Made by a program: the position numbers and the translations under genes. Below are positions 48,651-58,431 of a stretch of DNA of 64,000 nt, one piece after another (the first letter of the stretch is position 1; every line of letters starts with the position of its first letter). Origin of the DNA: an uncultured Rhizobium sp. (lineage in GTDB: Bacteria; Pseudomonadota; Alphaproteobacteria; Rickettsiales; UBA1997); NCBI GenBank assembly GCA_964537735.1, contig CAZICL010000007.1, positions 9,768 to 73,767 on the forward strand, written 5' to 3'. A model generated the notes under the pieces. The model ran no database searches. It was not told the origin of the DNA and saw only the letters and a list, made by a program, of their open reading frames with translations.

Positions 48651-49756
48651 TTTATCTCGATAATAACGCCACTACTAAACTTGATCCTCAAGCACTCGCT
48701 AAAATGACTGAGGTTTACCAATTGCCGCTTAACAACTCGGCAGTTCATCATTTTGGCCGTCTTGGCACTAAATTTGTTGAAGATGCCAGAAAAGAAGTAA
48801 AAAAATTACTTAACGCCCAAAATTACGAAGTAATCTTCACTAGTAGCGCCACAGAAGCAACAAACATGCTATTTCACGGCTGCGATGCTACAAAAATTCT
48901 GGTTAGCCAAATTGAACATGCATCAGTTTATTCTTGTCGCCCAAGTGGCAAGGAATTTGGTGAAATTAAGGTCTCAAACCATGGTGTGGTTGATCTTGAA
49001 GATTTGAAATCACAACTAGAAACCATTACTGATCCGAATTTTTTAGTGTCAGTAATGTTCGCTAATAATGAAACCGGAGCCATTCAGCCCGTTGAAGAAA
49101 TTTCTAAATTAGTTCACCAAAAAGGTGGTCTATTCCACTGTGATATTGTGCAAGGTGTTGGCAAAATAGCTCTTGATCTGGAAAAAATTAATGCCGATTT
49201 CGCCTCAATCTCAGCTCATAAAATTAACGGCCCACAAGGTGTAGGAGCGCTTATGATGCGCAAAGGTCTTAACATAAAACCTTTGATTGTCGGCGGCAAA
49301 CAGGAAAAATCAAAACGCGCCGGAACAACAAATACCGCTGGAATTGCCGGTTTTGGTGAAGCATGTAAAATTACCGCTGCCAAAATTTCTGAATATGAAA
49401 ATGTCAGAAATTTACGCGATTTTATGGAAAGTGAAATCAAAAAAATCGGTGGTGCTGACGTAAAAATCTTCTGCGAAGAAACCGCACGTTTACCAAATAC
49501 CTGCTTTATCGCTCTTAAAAATTGCGATGCTCAAACTCAACTAATTAATTTTGATCTAAATGGTATTTGCGTCAGCTCTGGATCAGCTTGCTCTTCAGGA
49601 TCTGTGGCCGAATCACGCATTTTAAAATCGATGAATGTCGATCAATCATTTTCAACCAGTGCCATCCGCGTCAGCCTTGGAACTGAAAATACCAAAGAAG
49701 AAATCGAAAAATTCATTCACATTTGGAAAGAATTTTTCACAAGAAATAAAAAATAA
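48641..49756 (+). CDS. cysteine desulfurase (NifS/IscS-like, first copy)
   Basis: [28 protein letters not shown], catalytic SSGSACSSG. Confidence 0.93.
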   Translation: MQIVYLDNNATTKLDPQALAKMTEVYQLPLNNSAVHHFGRLGTKFVEDARKEVKKLLNAQNYEVIFTSSATEATNMLFHGCDATKILVSQIEHASVYSCRPSGKEFGEIKVSNHGVVDLEDLKSQLETITDPNFLVSVMFANNETGAIQPVEEISKLVHQKGGLFHCDIVQGVGKIALDLEKINADFASISAHKINGPQGVGALMMRKGLNIKPLIVGGKQEKSKRAGTTNTAGIAGFGEACKITAAKISEYENVRNLRDFMESEIKKIGGADVKIFCEETARLPNTCFIALKNCDAQTQLINFDLNGICVSSGSACSSGSVAESRILKSMNVDQSFSTSAIRVSLGTENTKEEIEKFIHIWKEFFTRNKK

Positions 49757-49757
49757 T

Positions 49758-50975
49758 ATGACTGTCAAACTACCTATCTACTTCGACTATCAAGCTACAA
49801 CCCCAATGGATCCACGGGTAATTGACGCAACAGTTAAATGTATGAAGGAAGATTTCGGAAATCCGCATTCACGCACTCATGCTCTTGGTTGGCATGCCGA
49901 AGAGTTAATTGAAATTGCCCGCAAACAAGTTGCTGATTTAATTAACGCTGATCCCAAAGAAATTTTCTTCACTTCCGGTGCAACTGAATCCAACAATATT
50001 GCTCTTAAAGGAGTTGCTCGTTTTTATGGCGCTGCCGGTAAAAAACATATTATCACCGTTGCTACTGAACATAAATGCGTCATCAACTCAGCGCGCGATC
50101 TTGAACAAGAAGGATTTGAAGTCACTTTTCTGCCAGTGCAAAAAAACGGCTTAATTGATTTAAACACTCTTGAAGCAGCAATTACACCGCAAACTTGCTT
50201 GGTTTCAGTGATGAGCGTTAATAATGAAATCGGCGTCATTCAGCCAATCAAAGAAATTGGTGCTTTATGCCGCAAAAAAGGCACTTTCTTTCACACTGAT
50301 GCCGCACAAGCTTTTGGTAAAATTCCTTTAGATGTTGAAGCAATGAACATCGATTTGATGAGTATTTCCGGTCATAAAATTTATGGCCCCAAAGGTATTG
50401 GTGCTATTTACGTGCGCCGCAAGCCAAGAGTTCGTATTAAATCAATTATTTCTGGTGGCGGACAAGAACGAGGCATTCGTTCCGGAACTCTGGCAACACC
50501 TTTAGTTGTTGGTCTGGGCAAAGCTGCTGAAATCGCCAAAGCCGAAATGGAAAAAGATCACGCTCACATTAAAAAATTAAGCGACAAACTTTATGATGCC
50601 GTGATGAAAACCACTCACGTCTATTTAAACGGTGATCGCGATCAACGTTATCTGGGCAATTTAAATTTCTCTTTCGCCGGCATTGAAGGCGAATCAATGA
50701 TTATGGCCATCAAGGATTTAGCAGTGTCTTCAGGATCAGCCTGCACTTCTTCATCACTTGAACCATCTTACGTTTTACATTCTCTTGGTGTTGAAGACGA
50801 GCTGGCTCATACTTCGATAAGATTTGGAATTGGTCGTTTCACCACCGAAGAAGAAGTTGATTACGCAATCAACCTGCTACAAAATAAAATCCAGAAACTA
50901 CGCGATCTCAGCCCACTTTGGGAAATGATCCAGGACGGAATTGACCTAAAATCAATCAACTGGAAAGCACATTAA
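49758..50975 (+). CDS. iscS: cysteine desulfurase IscS
   Basis: [55 protein letters not shown]. Likely start ATG 49758. Confidence 0.97.
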   Translation: MTVKLPIYFDYQATTPMDPRVIDATVKCMKEDFGNPHSRTHALGWHAEELIEIARKQVADLINADPKEIFFTSGATESNNIALKGVARFYGAAGKKHIITVATEHKCVINSARDLEQEGFEVTFLPVQKNGLIDLNTLEAAITPQTCLVSVMSVNNEIGVIQPIKEIGALCRKKGTFFHTDAAQAFGKIPLDVEAMNIDLMSISGHKIYGPKGIGAIYVRRKPRVRIKSIISGGGQERGIRSGTLATPLVVGLGKAAEIAKAEMEKDHAHIKKLSDKLYDAVMKTTHVYLNGDRDQRYLGNLNFSFAGIEGESMIMAIKDLAVSSGSACTSSSLEPSYVLHSLGVEDELAHTSIRFGIGRFTTEEEVDYAINLLQNKIQKLRDLSPLWEMIQDGIDLKSINWKAH

Positions 50976-50993
50976 ATTTAAATCGGAGGTTAC

Positions 50994-51377
50994 ATGGCCT
51001 ATTCACAAAAACTTTTAAACCATTACGAAAATCCCCAAAATGTTGGGTCTTTTGCTAAGGAAGAAAAAAATATCGGCACCGGACTTGTCGGCGCTCCTGC
51101 TTGCGGTGATGTGATGAAATTGCAAATTAAAGTTTCTGACGATGGCATAATTGAAGATGCCAGATTTAAAACTTTCGGTTGTGGATCAGCAATCGCTTCA
51201 AGCTCTTTGGCCACTGAATGGATCAAAGGTCGTAATATTAATGAAGCAGAAAAAATCACTAATAGAGAAATTGCCGATGAACTTTCTTTGCCACCGGTAA
51301 AAATTCACTGTTCAGTTTTGGCAGAAGAAGCAATTAAAGCCGCGATTGAAGATTACAAAAAGCACAAAAATTTATAA
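50994..51377 (+). CDS. iscU: Fe-S scaffold
   Basis: GAPACGDVM, FKTFGCGSAIASSS, LPPVKIHCS. Confidence 0.98.
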   Translation: MAYSQKLLNHYENPQNVGSFAKEEKNIGTGLVGAPACGDVMKLQIKVSDDGIIEDARFKTFGCGSAIASSSLATEWIKGRNINEAEKITNREIADELSLPPVKIHCSVLAEEAIKAAIEDYKKHKNL

Positions 51378-51382
51378 GTTAA

Positions 51383-51757
51383 ATGGCTTTTAATTTTTCA
51401 GCGTCAGGAAATCCAATCGTCGATTATGTCACCATCACTGATGACGCTTTCGCCCAGATTAAAGACTTGCTGCAAGCACGCCAAGAACCTTGTGAAGGCA
51501 TTCGCGTTGGCGTTCGCACCCGCGGCTGTTCTGGCATGAGCTATACCATTGAATATGCCATCAAAGACAAAAATATCACCAAATTTGATGATGTGGTGAT
51601 CCATGATGGAGTATCTCTTTACATCGATCCCAAAGCTTCAATGTTTTTAATCGGCAGCCAGATGGTTTTTAAAACTGATGAACTTAACAGTGGCTTCGAT
51701 TTTATAAATCCTAATGAAAAAGGCCGCTGCGGCTGCGGTGAAAGCTTTAAAGCGTAA
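51383..51757 (+). CDS. iscA: A-type Fe-S carrier
   Basis: RGCSGMSY, NPNEKGRCGCGESF. Confidence 0.96.
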   Translation: MAFNFSASGNPIVDYVTITDDAFAQIKDLLQARQEPCEGIRVGVRTRGCSGMSYTIEYAIKDKNITKFDDVVIHDGVSLYIDPKASMFLIGSQMVFKTDELNSGFDFINPNEKGRCGCGESFKA

Positions 51758-51763
51758 CGTTAA

Positions 51764-52234
51764 ATGAAAAATCATTTCCAAATTTTTTCTCTCGCAACAC
51801 TTTTTAAAATCGATTTAGACGAGTTAGAAAAAAAATATCTGCAATTCCAAAAACAATTTCATCCAGATAATTCCAGCACTGCCGACATTGAAAAATCGAT
51901 CAATGTTAATGACGCTTACAATATTTTAAAAAATCCGCTCAAGCGCGCCGCCCACATTTTACAGCTTAATGGTATTGATATTGAAAACGATGCCATTGCT
52001 CCAAAGGTTGATGCCTCCACTCTTCACGAAATATTAGAATTACGTGAAAAAATTTCTGAGAGCAGCGAACAAGAAATTGAAGGTTTTAAAAAAGACTTAA
52101 TCAAAAAAGTAAAATCATTGCTGGATGAGGTGGCTGCAAGCATTGATAATAAAGACTTTAACACATCTTCCCAAATTCTGATCAAAGCAAAATATTTTGA
52201 TAAAACTTTACAGGATTTGAAACGAAAAAAATAA
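51764..52234 (+). CDS. hscB: co-chaperone HscB
   Basis: NHF..F, QFHPD, N.AY..LK.P..RA; position in the isc operon. Confidence 0.92.
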   Translation: MKNHFQIFSLATLFKIDLDELEKKYLQFQKQFHPDNSSTADIEKSINVNDAYNILKNPLKRAAHILQLNGIDIENDAIAPKVDASTLHEILELREKISESSEQEIEGFKKDLIKKVKSLLDEVAASIDNKDFNTSSQILIKAKYFDKTLQDLKRKK

Positions 52235-52236
52235 CA

Positions 52237-53967
52237 ATGGCCTTAATAAAAATTTCCGAACCAGTTTTAGAAAAAGAGACCGATCTCACACGCGAAACCG
52301 TTATTGGCATTGATCTTGGCACAACAAACTCGCTGGTCGCTATCATCGAAAATGAAAAAGTACGATTCTTCGCTGATAAAAATAACCGTGAAATAATTCC
52401 GTCTCTGGTAACTTACGGCACCACAACAATCTCGTCTGTTAAAAGGCTGATGGGGAAAAGTTTATTCGATGTTAAAGATCAAAATTTTGACTTCAAAATT
52501 GCCGATGATACTGAAGAAAAAGAAGTTATAAAAATTCTTGTCGATGACAGAGAAATAACAGCCGCAGAAGTATCCGCTGACATTTTGCGCAACCTCAAAA
52601 ATCTTGCTGAAATTGCACTTAAAACCGACATCAAAAAAGCAGTAATCACTGTTCCGGCCTATTTCGATGAAGCTGCAAAAAATGCCACCAAGCTGGCAGC
52701 CAATCTCGCCGGTTTAGAAGTTTTGCGTTTGGTTAATGAACCAACAGCCGCAGCTTTAGCTTACGGACTTGATAATGAAGCTGAGGGAATTTACTGCGTT
52801 TTTGATTTAGGTGGCGGCACTTTCGACGTCTCAATTTTAAAAATGCAAAAAGGTGTTTTTAAAGTGTTAGGCGTTGCCGGCGATAATAATTTAGGCGGCG
52901 ATGATTTTGATGAAATCATTGCGCAACATCTTGGCATCAACCGTATTGAAGCCAGAAAAATCAAAGAAGAATTATCCGTAAAAGATCAGGCCTCTTGTGG
53001 TCTTACCACTTCCATCTTCAATAATTTAATCGCTGAAAAAATTGCCAAAACTATAACTCTTACAACTAACTTGATTGACGACCTAGAGCTGGAAAACGTT
53101 GATATTAAAGGCGTTATCATGGTTGGTGGTTCAACACGCATTCCACTAATTAAACAACAACTTGGCGATATTTTTGGTCCAAAAAGAATTTTAGACAAAC
53201 TTGATCCCGATCGCATTGTCGCTGCTGGAGCAGCTTGGCAGGCTTATAACTTAAGCGGTCATTCCGAAAATCTTTTACTGGATGTGGTTCCACTCTCGCT
53301 TGGCATTGAAATGATGGGAGGCATTGTCGACAAAATAATCATGCGCAACTCGACTATTCCTTTTGCGGTTAGCAAAGAATTTACCACTTATGTCGATAAC
53401 CAAAGCGGCATGAAGTTACATATCGTACAAGGTGAACGCGAATTGGCCAAAGATTGTCGCTCTCTAGCCGAGTTTGAAGTTAAAAAAATTCCAGCAATGA
53501 AAGCCGGATTGGCAAGGGTTAAAGTTACTTTTAAAATTGACGCCGATGGTCTTTTAACCGTTAGTTCTGAGGAAAAATACAGCGGTGAAAAACAGGAAAT
53601 CACCGTCAAGCCAGCTTATGGTTTGAATGAAAATGAGATGAAAAAAATGCTGCTAGATGCACTGGCAAATTCAAGGTCAGATATGGAACAGCGGTTATTG
53701 ATTCAAGCAATAACCGATGCCAATCACGATATTGATATTTTGAAGAAAGATTTATCCGTGATTAATCAGGAAATTTCGGCAGCAGAACAAAAATTAATCA
53801 GCGAAAAAATTGCTATTTTAGAGAAATTGATTTCCGAAAAAACCTCACGAGATGCAATTTTAGAAGCCCAGGAACAACTCACCAAAGCAGCAGAAAATCT
53901 GATCCTACAAAAAGTAAATGCAGTTTTAAAAGAAAAAATCGCCGGCAAGAATGTCGACGAGGTTTAG
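52237..53967 (+). CDS. hscA: Hsp70 chaperone HscA
   Basis: GIDLGTTNS, ITVPAYFD, NEPTAAA, DLGGGTFD, LLDVVPLSLG; follows hscB. Confidence 0.94.
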   Translation: MALIKISEPVLEKETDLTRETVIGIDLGTTNSLVAIIENEKVRFFADKNNREIIPSLVTYGTTTISSVKRLMGKSLFDVKDQNFDFKIADDTEEKEVIKILVDDREITAAEVSADILRNLKNLAEIALKTDIKKAVITVPAYFDEAAKNATKLAANLAGLEVLRLVNEPTAAALAYGLDNEAEGIYCVFDLGGGTFDVSILKMQKGVFKVLGVAGDNNLGGDDFDEIIAQHLGINRIEARKIKEELSVKDQASCGLTTSIFNNLIAEKIAKTITLTTNLIDDLELENVDIKGVIMVGGSTRIPLIKQQLGDIFGPKRILDKLDPDRIVAAGAAWQAYNLSGHSENLLLDVVPLSLGIEMMGGIVDKIIMRNSTIPFAVSKEFTTYVDNQSGMKLHIVQGERELAKDCRSLAEFEVKKIPAMKAGLARVKVTFKIDADGLLTVSSEEKYSGEKQEITVKPAYGLNENEMKKMLLDALANSRSDMEQRLLIQAITDANHDIDILKKDLSVINQEISAAEQKLISEKIAILEKLISEKTSRDAILEAQEQLTKAAENLILQKVNAVLKEKIAGKNVDEV

Positions 53968-53971
53968 ACAT

Positions 53972-54006
53972 AAAAAAGGGTCAGATCCTCACAGAATCTG
54001 ACCCTT
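53972..54006 (-). terminator. intrinsic terminator between convergent hscA and ppa
   Basis: 11-bp IR AAGGGTCAGAT / ATCTGACCCTT; the A-run on the left gives a U-tract on the minus strand. Confidence 0.75.
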
Positions 54007-54018
54007 GGCCCATTTATT

Positions 54019-54546
54019 TTATTTTTTAGCGCGATCAATTCCTTCCTGGATCAGCTCTCTGGCTTTTGCAGCATCTTCAAAGCCGGTTACTTTCACCCAT
54101 TTACCCTTTTCCAAACCTTTGTAATTCTCAAAGAAATGTCTGATTTTATTGATCAGGCTTTCCGGCAATTCTTTGTAAGACTCAACATTTTCATATTGCG
54201 AATTGAGCTTTTTTGCCGGAACGGCGATGATTTTTTCATCCATACCTTTTTCATCTTCCATGATTAGCACACCAACTGGCTTAGCTGAAATCACAGCACC
54301 AGGAACCACCGGATAATCAGAAACTACCAACACGTCACAAGGATCTCCATCATCAGATAAAGTGTTAGGAACAAAACCGTAATTGCACGGATAATACATT
54401 GGTGTTGCGATAAAACGATCAACAAAAATTGCGCCGCTATCTTTATCCATTTCATATTTCACCGGATCAGCATTCATTGGCACTTCAATGATAACATTAA
54501 CACAATTCGGTGCATCTTTACCGATCGAGATTTTTTCAATATTCAT
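54019..54546 (-). CDS. ppa: family I inorganic pyrophosphatase
   Basis: KYEMDK, DRF, YPCNYGF, DGDPCD, D.K. Confidence 0.97.
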   Translation of the reverse strand: MNIEKISIGKDAPNCVNVIIEVPMNADPVKYEMDKDSGAIFVDRFIATPMYYPCNYGFVPNTLSDDGDPCDVLVVSDYPVVPGAVISAKPVGVLIMEDEKGMDEKIIAVPAKKLNSQYENVESYKELPESLINKIRHFFENYKGLEKGKWVKVTGFEDAAKARELIQEGIDRAKK

Positions 54547-54615
54547 AAATATTTATTGATTGATTGTTGTTGGGATATTGCTGCCTGACACCTAAAAAAG
54601 GCGACCGACATTTTT

Positions 54616-55908
54616 TTAATTAACTTCAACGATAACAGCACCACCTTGTCCACCACCTATACATAGAGATGCAAGACCGCGATTTTTACCGCGACGTTTT
54701 AATTCACGCAGCAAGTGAATTAAAATACGCGCACCAGACATACCGACCGGATGACCAAGCGCTACGCCGCCGCCATTAACGTTGAGAGTTTCTGAGTCTA
54801 ATTCACCCAAAGCATCATCTAAACCAAAATGTTCTTGGGCAAATTCTTTTGAGGCAAAAGCTTGCTGACACCCAATAACCTGGGCCGCGAAAGCTTCATT
54901 AATTTCAACTAACTCCATATCTTTTAAGGCTAAACCAGTTTTATCAAAAACTTTTTTGGCAGCAAAAACCGGTCCCAGTCCCATTCGGCTTGGATCAAGA
55001 CCAGCATAAGCAAAATCACGAATATAGCCAAGCGGAGTAAGTCCAAGCTCTTTAGATTTCGATTCGCGCATTAAAATTGCAAAAGCTGCACCGTCAGTAA
55101 CTTGCGAAGAATTTCCTACAGTAACTGTGCCAGTAACTTTCTCGAAGAAAGGTTTTAATCTTTGCAACGCCTCAATGGTTTGGCCTTTGCGCACTCCTTC
55201 ATCTTCTTCAATCATCAGAGAGTTTTTTTCGTCATTATTGAAAACTGGAATAATTTCTTCGGCAAAAATTCCTTTGGCCATCGCCGCTTCTGCTTTTTGA
55301 TGCGAAGCTAAAGCAAATTGATCTTGCTCTTCACGTGTTATGGCGAAATCTCGCGCCACATTTTCTGCTGTACAGCCCATAATCAAACCGGAAATTGGAT
55401 CGGTAAGACCTTGCACCAAACCAACTACCGGAGTTAAAAAACCGGGACGGAAAGAGGCAAGCACCGCCAATTTTTGCTTAACAGTTTTAGCCTTCGACAA
55501 AGCAGCAAAAAATCCGGTCATTTTTTTATTAAACATCAACGGAATGTTACTCATCGATTCAACACCGCCAGCTAAAATGATTTCCGCCTCATTATTAAGT
55601 ATTTTTGAAGTGGCGCTGGTCATCGCTTCCATGCCGGAAGCGCAATTACGATGCACAGTGTAAGCCGGAACATTTTGAGGAATACCAGCTTTAAGAGCAA
55701 TCACGCGGGCAATATTAGCAGCTTCCGCCGGCTGTGCCACGTTGCCAATAATCACCTCATCAATTTTTGCCGGATCAACTTTGGATCTGATCAAAACCTC
55801 TTTAACAATATGCGCACCTAAATCATGAGCTGTAACATTTTTTAAAACTCCACCAGCTTTTCCCATTGGCGATCTGAAACCGGAAATTATTGCGATACGT
55901 TCTTTCAT
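54616..55908 (-). CDS. acetyl-CoA C-acyltransferase (thiolase)
   Basis: NCASG (catalytic Cys), TVGNSSQVTDGA, EINEAFA, GHPVG.SG, CIGGGQG. Confidence 0.96.
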   Translation of the reverse strand: MKERIAIISGFRSPMGKAGGVLKNVTAHDLGAHIVKEVLIRSKVDPAKIDEVIIGNVAQPAEAANIARVIALKAGIPQNVPAYTVHRNCASGMEAMTSATSKILNNEAEIILAGGVESMSNIPLMFNKKMTGFFAALSKAKTVKQKLAVLASFRPGFLTPVVGLVQGLTDPISGLIMGCTAENVARDFAITREEQDQFALASHQKAEAAMAKGIFAEEIIPVFNNDEKNSLMIEEDEGVRKGQTIEALQRLKPFFEKVTGTVTVGNSSQVTDGAAFAILMRESKSKELGLTPLGYIRDFAYAGLDPSRMGLGPVFAAKKVFDKTGLALKDMELVEINEAFAAQVIGCQQAFASKEFAQEHFGLDDALGELDSETLNVNGGGVALGHPVGMSGARILIHLLRELKRRGKNRGLASLCIGGGQGGAVIVEVN

Positions 55909-55920
55909 AAATTTTGTTTT

Positions 55921-55980
55921 TTGATTTGTGATTTGCGATTGCTACATCTAATTAAATTCTAAATCTAAAATCTAAAATCA
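55921..55980. repeat. mirror-oriented heptamer arrays in the thiolase/hisN divergent spacer
   Basis: TTGATTT GTGATTT GCGATTG on the left; TAAATTC TAAATCT AAAATCT AAAATCA on the right. Confidence 0.7.
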
Positions 55981-55986
55981 AAAGTC

Positions 55987-56772
55987 ATGCTTTCTCAAGA
56001 AATTATAAATTTTTCTCAACATCTTGCCGATATTTCTGAAGCCATCGCGCAAAAATATTTCCGTCAACAAAATGGTGAAATAGCTAAAGAAGATGATTCT
56101 CCTGTTACTAAAGCTGATCGCAAAATTGAACAAGTGATTCGCGCTGCAATTGAAAAAAAATTTCCCGATCACGGAATTATCGGCGAAGAATTTGGCGATA
56201 AAAATGTCGAGGCTGATTTTGTTTGGATTTTAGATCCGATTGACGGCACTTCATCTTTCATTATCGGACGTCCGATTTTTGGCACTTTGATTGGATTAAC
56301 TTATAAAGGAAAAGCGGTTTTAGGAATCATGAATCAACCAATCTCTCGCGAACGCTGGATTGGAATTGAAGGACAGAATAGTTTTTTCCAAGGCAAAAAA
56401 ATTTCTACCAGAAATTGTACAAAAATTTCTGATGCCGTGATGTGCGCATCGTCACCTTTTCATTTCCAAAATGGTGAAGAAAAAATTCTACAAAAAATTT
56501 CTGCTCTTACCAAATATCAAAGACTTGGTGGCGTAATTTATGGTGGCGATTGCTATTCCTACGCTTCTCTGGCTTGTGGTTTTGTTGATATTGTAATTGA
56601 TACTGGATTGAAAGTTTATGATTACGCTGCATTACTTCCGATTATTGAAAATGCTGGCGGCATTGTAACTGACTGGCGGGGAAATGATCTAAAATTACAA
56701 TCAGACGTACAATTAGTGGCTTGTGCTAACAAAAAACTGCATCAAGAAGTTCTTAAAATCATCAATGGTTAG
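55987..56772 (+). CDS. hisN: histidinol-phosphatase (inositol monophosphatase family)
   Basis: K.DDSPVT.ADR, GEEFG, WILDPIDGTSSF..G.P.FGTLI, GGDCY.Y, L..YD.AAL.PII..AGG..TDW.G. Confidence 0.85.
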   Translation: MLSQEIINFSQHLADISEAIAQKYFRQQNGEIAKEDDSPVTKADRKIEQVIRAAIEKKFPDHGIIGEEFGDKNVEADFVWILDPIDGTSSFIIGRPIFGTLIGLTYKGKAVLGIMNQPISRERWIGIEGQNSFFQGKKISTRNCTKISDAVMCASSPFHFQNGEEKILQKISALTKYQRLGGVIYGGDCYSYASLACGFVDIVIDTGLKVYDYAALLPIIENAGGIVTDWRGNDLKLQSDVQLVACANKKLHQEVLKIING

Positions 56773-56786
56773 AACCTGTTTTGGAA

Positions 56787-57404
56787 CTAGAAAGAATAAA
56801 CCGTTCCAACTTTTACGGCTTGAGATTTAACTGGCGTTCCACCCGATGCACTATTTTCAGACTGCCTTTGGCTGTAACTAAATTTTAAACCGAAATCATC
56901 AGATAAGTTTACCTGCGAACCAACCCCCATAACGTTGCTATTTAGATAATTAGCGCCAACTGCCACCTGACCAGAACCGTAAGCAACGCTTCCCAAATCA
57001 TAGCTGACAAAACCAGAAACTTGACGATTAAATTCATAACCTAAATTAGCTTTGACGTCGTAAGTAACTCCAGGCGTTGTGGAACTACTGTTAGAAGATG
57101 TAGAAGACGAGCTAGAGTCTGAATGATTAGAAGAAATTTTAGCGCCATTTTGCATAAAAAGTTCCGGTGCAACAAAAAATCCCTGATCGCTAAATTTATA
57201 ACCGTAATAACGATCTTCATCAACTTTAGTATCTAGTGAAATTGCATTATTGGCATTGCCAATTTTGTCATTGGTTTTAGCGGGATCAATACCAACGTAA
57301 AAACCGTCATTGGTCTTGGCAGCAGCAAAAACATTGGCGCCACAAGTAACAAAAAGCAGTAGCAGTAGCAGAGTCCGTCCCCAGGCTTGAAGAAAAAATT
57401 TCAT
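56787..57404 (-). CDS. outer-membrane beta-barrel protein (OmpA/porin-like)
   Basis: Signal peptide, GFYVG, alternating strands, KANLGYEF, C-terminal aromatic VYSF, Ser-rich loop. Confidence 0.75.
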   Translation of the reverse strand: MKFFLQAWGRTLLLLLLFVTCGANVFAAAKTNDGFYVGIDPAKTNDKIGNANNAISLDTKVDEDRYYGYKFSDQGFFVAPELFMQNGAKISSNHSDSSSSSTSSNSSSTTPGVTYDVKANLGYEFNRQVSGFVSYDLGSVAYGSGQVAVGANYLNSNVMGVGSQVNLSDDFGLKFSYSQRQSENSASGGTPVKSQAVKVGTVYSF

Positions 57405-57427
57405 AATCCATTTAGTTTCCGTTGTTG

Positions 57428-58420
57428 CTAGCGAGAAGGAGAACGGCTGTCAGAATTTGAAGAGATAAGATCACGATAATGCGTACCTTCAATAGCCTGA
57501 TCGACAATATTTTTTACACCATTTACCAAATCTTCTGTGCTATTTTCTATACCCTTAACAAATTCTTGTGCTGTCTTAGCCAAAATTCCGCTTAATTTTT
57601 GCACTTCCATTGAACCAACAACTTTAAATTCCATATTTTCTGGTGAAGAATTTTGCTGATTTTTTTGCGCCCGCAACATCTTTTCAAACTCTTCTTCTTT
57701 CATAGTAAAAATATCATCAAGAGCAAAACCATCTGGTAAACTCACCCCATAAACAGTAGCGCTCTGATCTTCCTCTTGATGCTCTTTAGTTTCAACCTTG
57801 AAACCGGCTTGTTTTAATTTTTCAAAAATTGTACCCATCGCTGACATGGCTTGAGAAATATTTTCACTACCAGTTTGCCAAATTGTCGATTTATGACGGT
57901 TTTCCTCATCAAGCTCATTACCATCCTTATCAAAAAATCCTTTGGTAATTTTGGCCAAGATCATAGCTCCTTCTTGAACCTCATTAAATAAATCAACAGC
58001 CATTTTCTTGAGATCGATTTCTGCCACATCAGCAGAAGCATCATTGTTATTTTTATTATCCTGAGGAGTTGGCGTCTGTTGATCTCTCTCTTCCTGATCT
58101 GTTTTATTTCTCTCCTCTATCACAATGCGCTGCAACCTGTCATAACAAGCTTGTAAGAACTCTTTTAACTCGCCAGTAGCACTACTCATTCTCTCAAATA
58201 TAGACTGTAATGCTTGTACCGATTGTGACATTTGTTGACCGCTCTCCTCACTATTTTGGACTCTTCTGGCCAATTCTTGAACAATATTTTCGATTTCTTT
58301 TTTTTCTGCTTTAAGACTATCACTGTCTTTTGCTAACGGATTACTATTTAAAGTAGAATCAGCTACCTCTTGTTGGTTAGAACTGTTAACAACAATATCG
58401 TCTGATTTGTTAGTAGCCAT
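57428..58420 (-). CDS. hypothetical acidic helical/coiled-coil protein
   Basis: Long ORF, E/Q/K/S rich, no signal peptide or recognised motif. Confidence 0.75.
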   Translation of the reverse strand: MATNKSDDIVVNSSNQQEVADSTLNSNPLAKDSDSLKAEKKEIENIVQELARRVQNSEESGQQMSQSVQALQSIFERMSSATGELKEFLQACYDRLQRIVIEERNKTDQEERDQQTPTPQDNKNNNDASADVAEIDLKKMAVDLFNEVQEGAMILAKITKGFFDKDGNELDEENRHKSTIWQTGSENISQAMSAMGTIFEKLKQAGFKVETKEHQEEDQSATVYGVSLPDGFALDDIFTMKEEEFEKMLRAQKNQQNSSPENMEFKVVGSMEVQKLSGILAKTAQEFVKGIENSTEDLVNGVKNIVDQAIEGTHYRDLISSNSDSRSPSR

Positions 58421-58431
58421 AAGTCAAAAAA

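Noticed and set aside
49635-49757. Long N-terminal extensions in track ORFs (iscS, pyrH, BON, nadA, mtaB, kdsA)
   Set aside because: These come from the track choosing the most upstream start; downstream ATGs match family starts and avoid large overlaps.
48641-50975. Two tandem cysteine desulfurases as a novelty
   Set aside because: A nifS-like gene plus iscS after iscR is the usual arrangement in Rickettsiales and other alphaproteobacterial isc operons.
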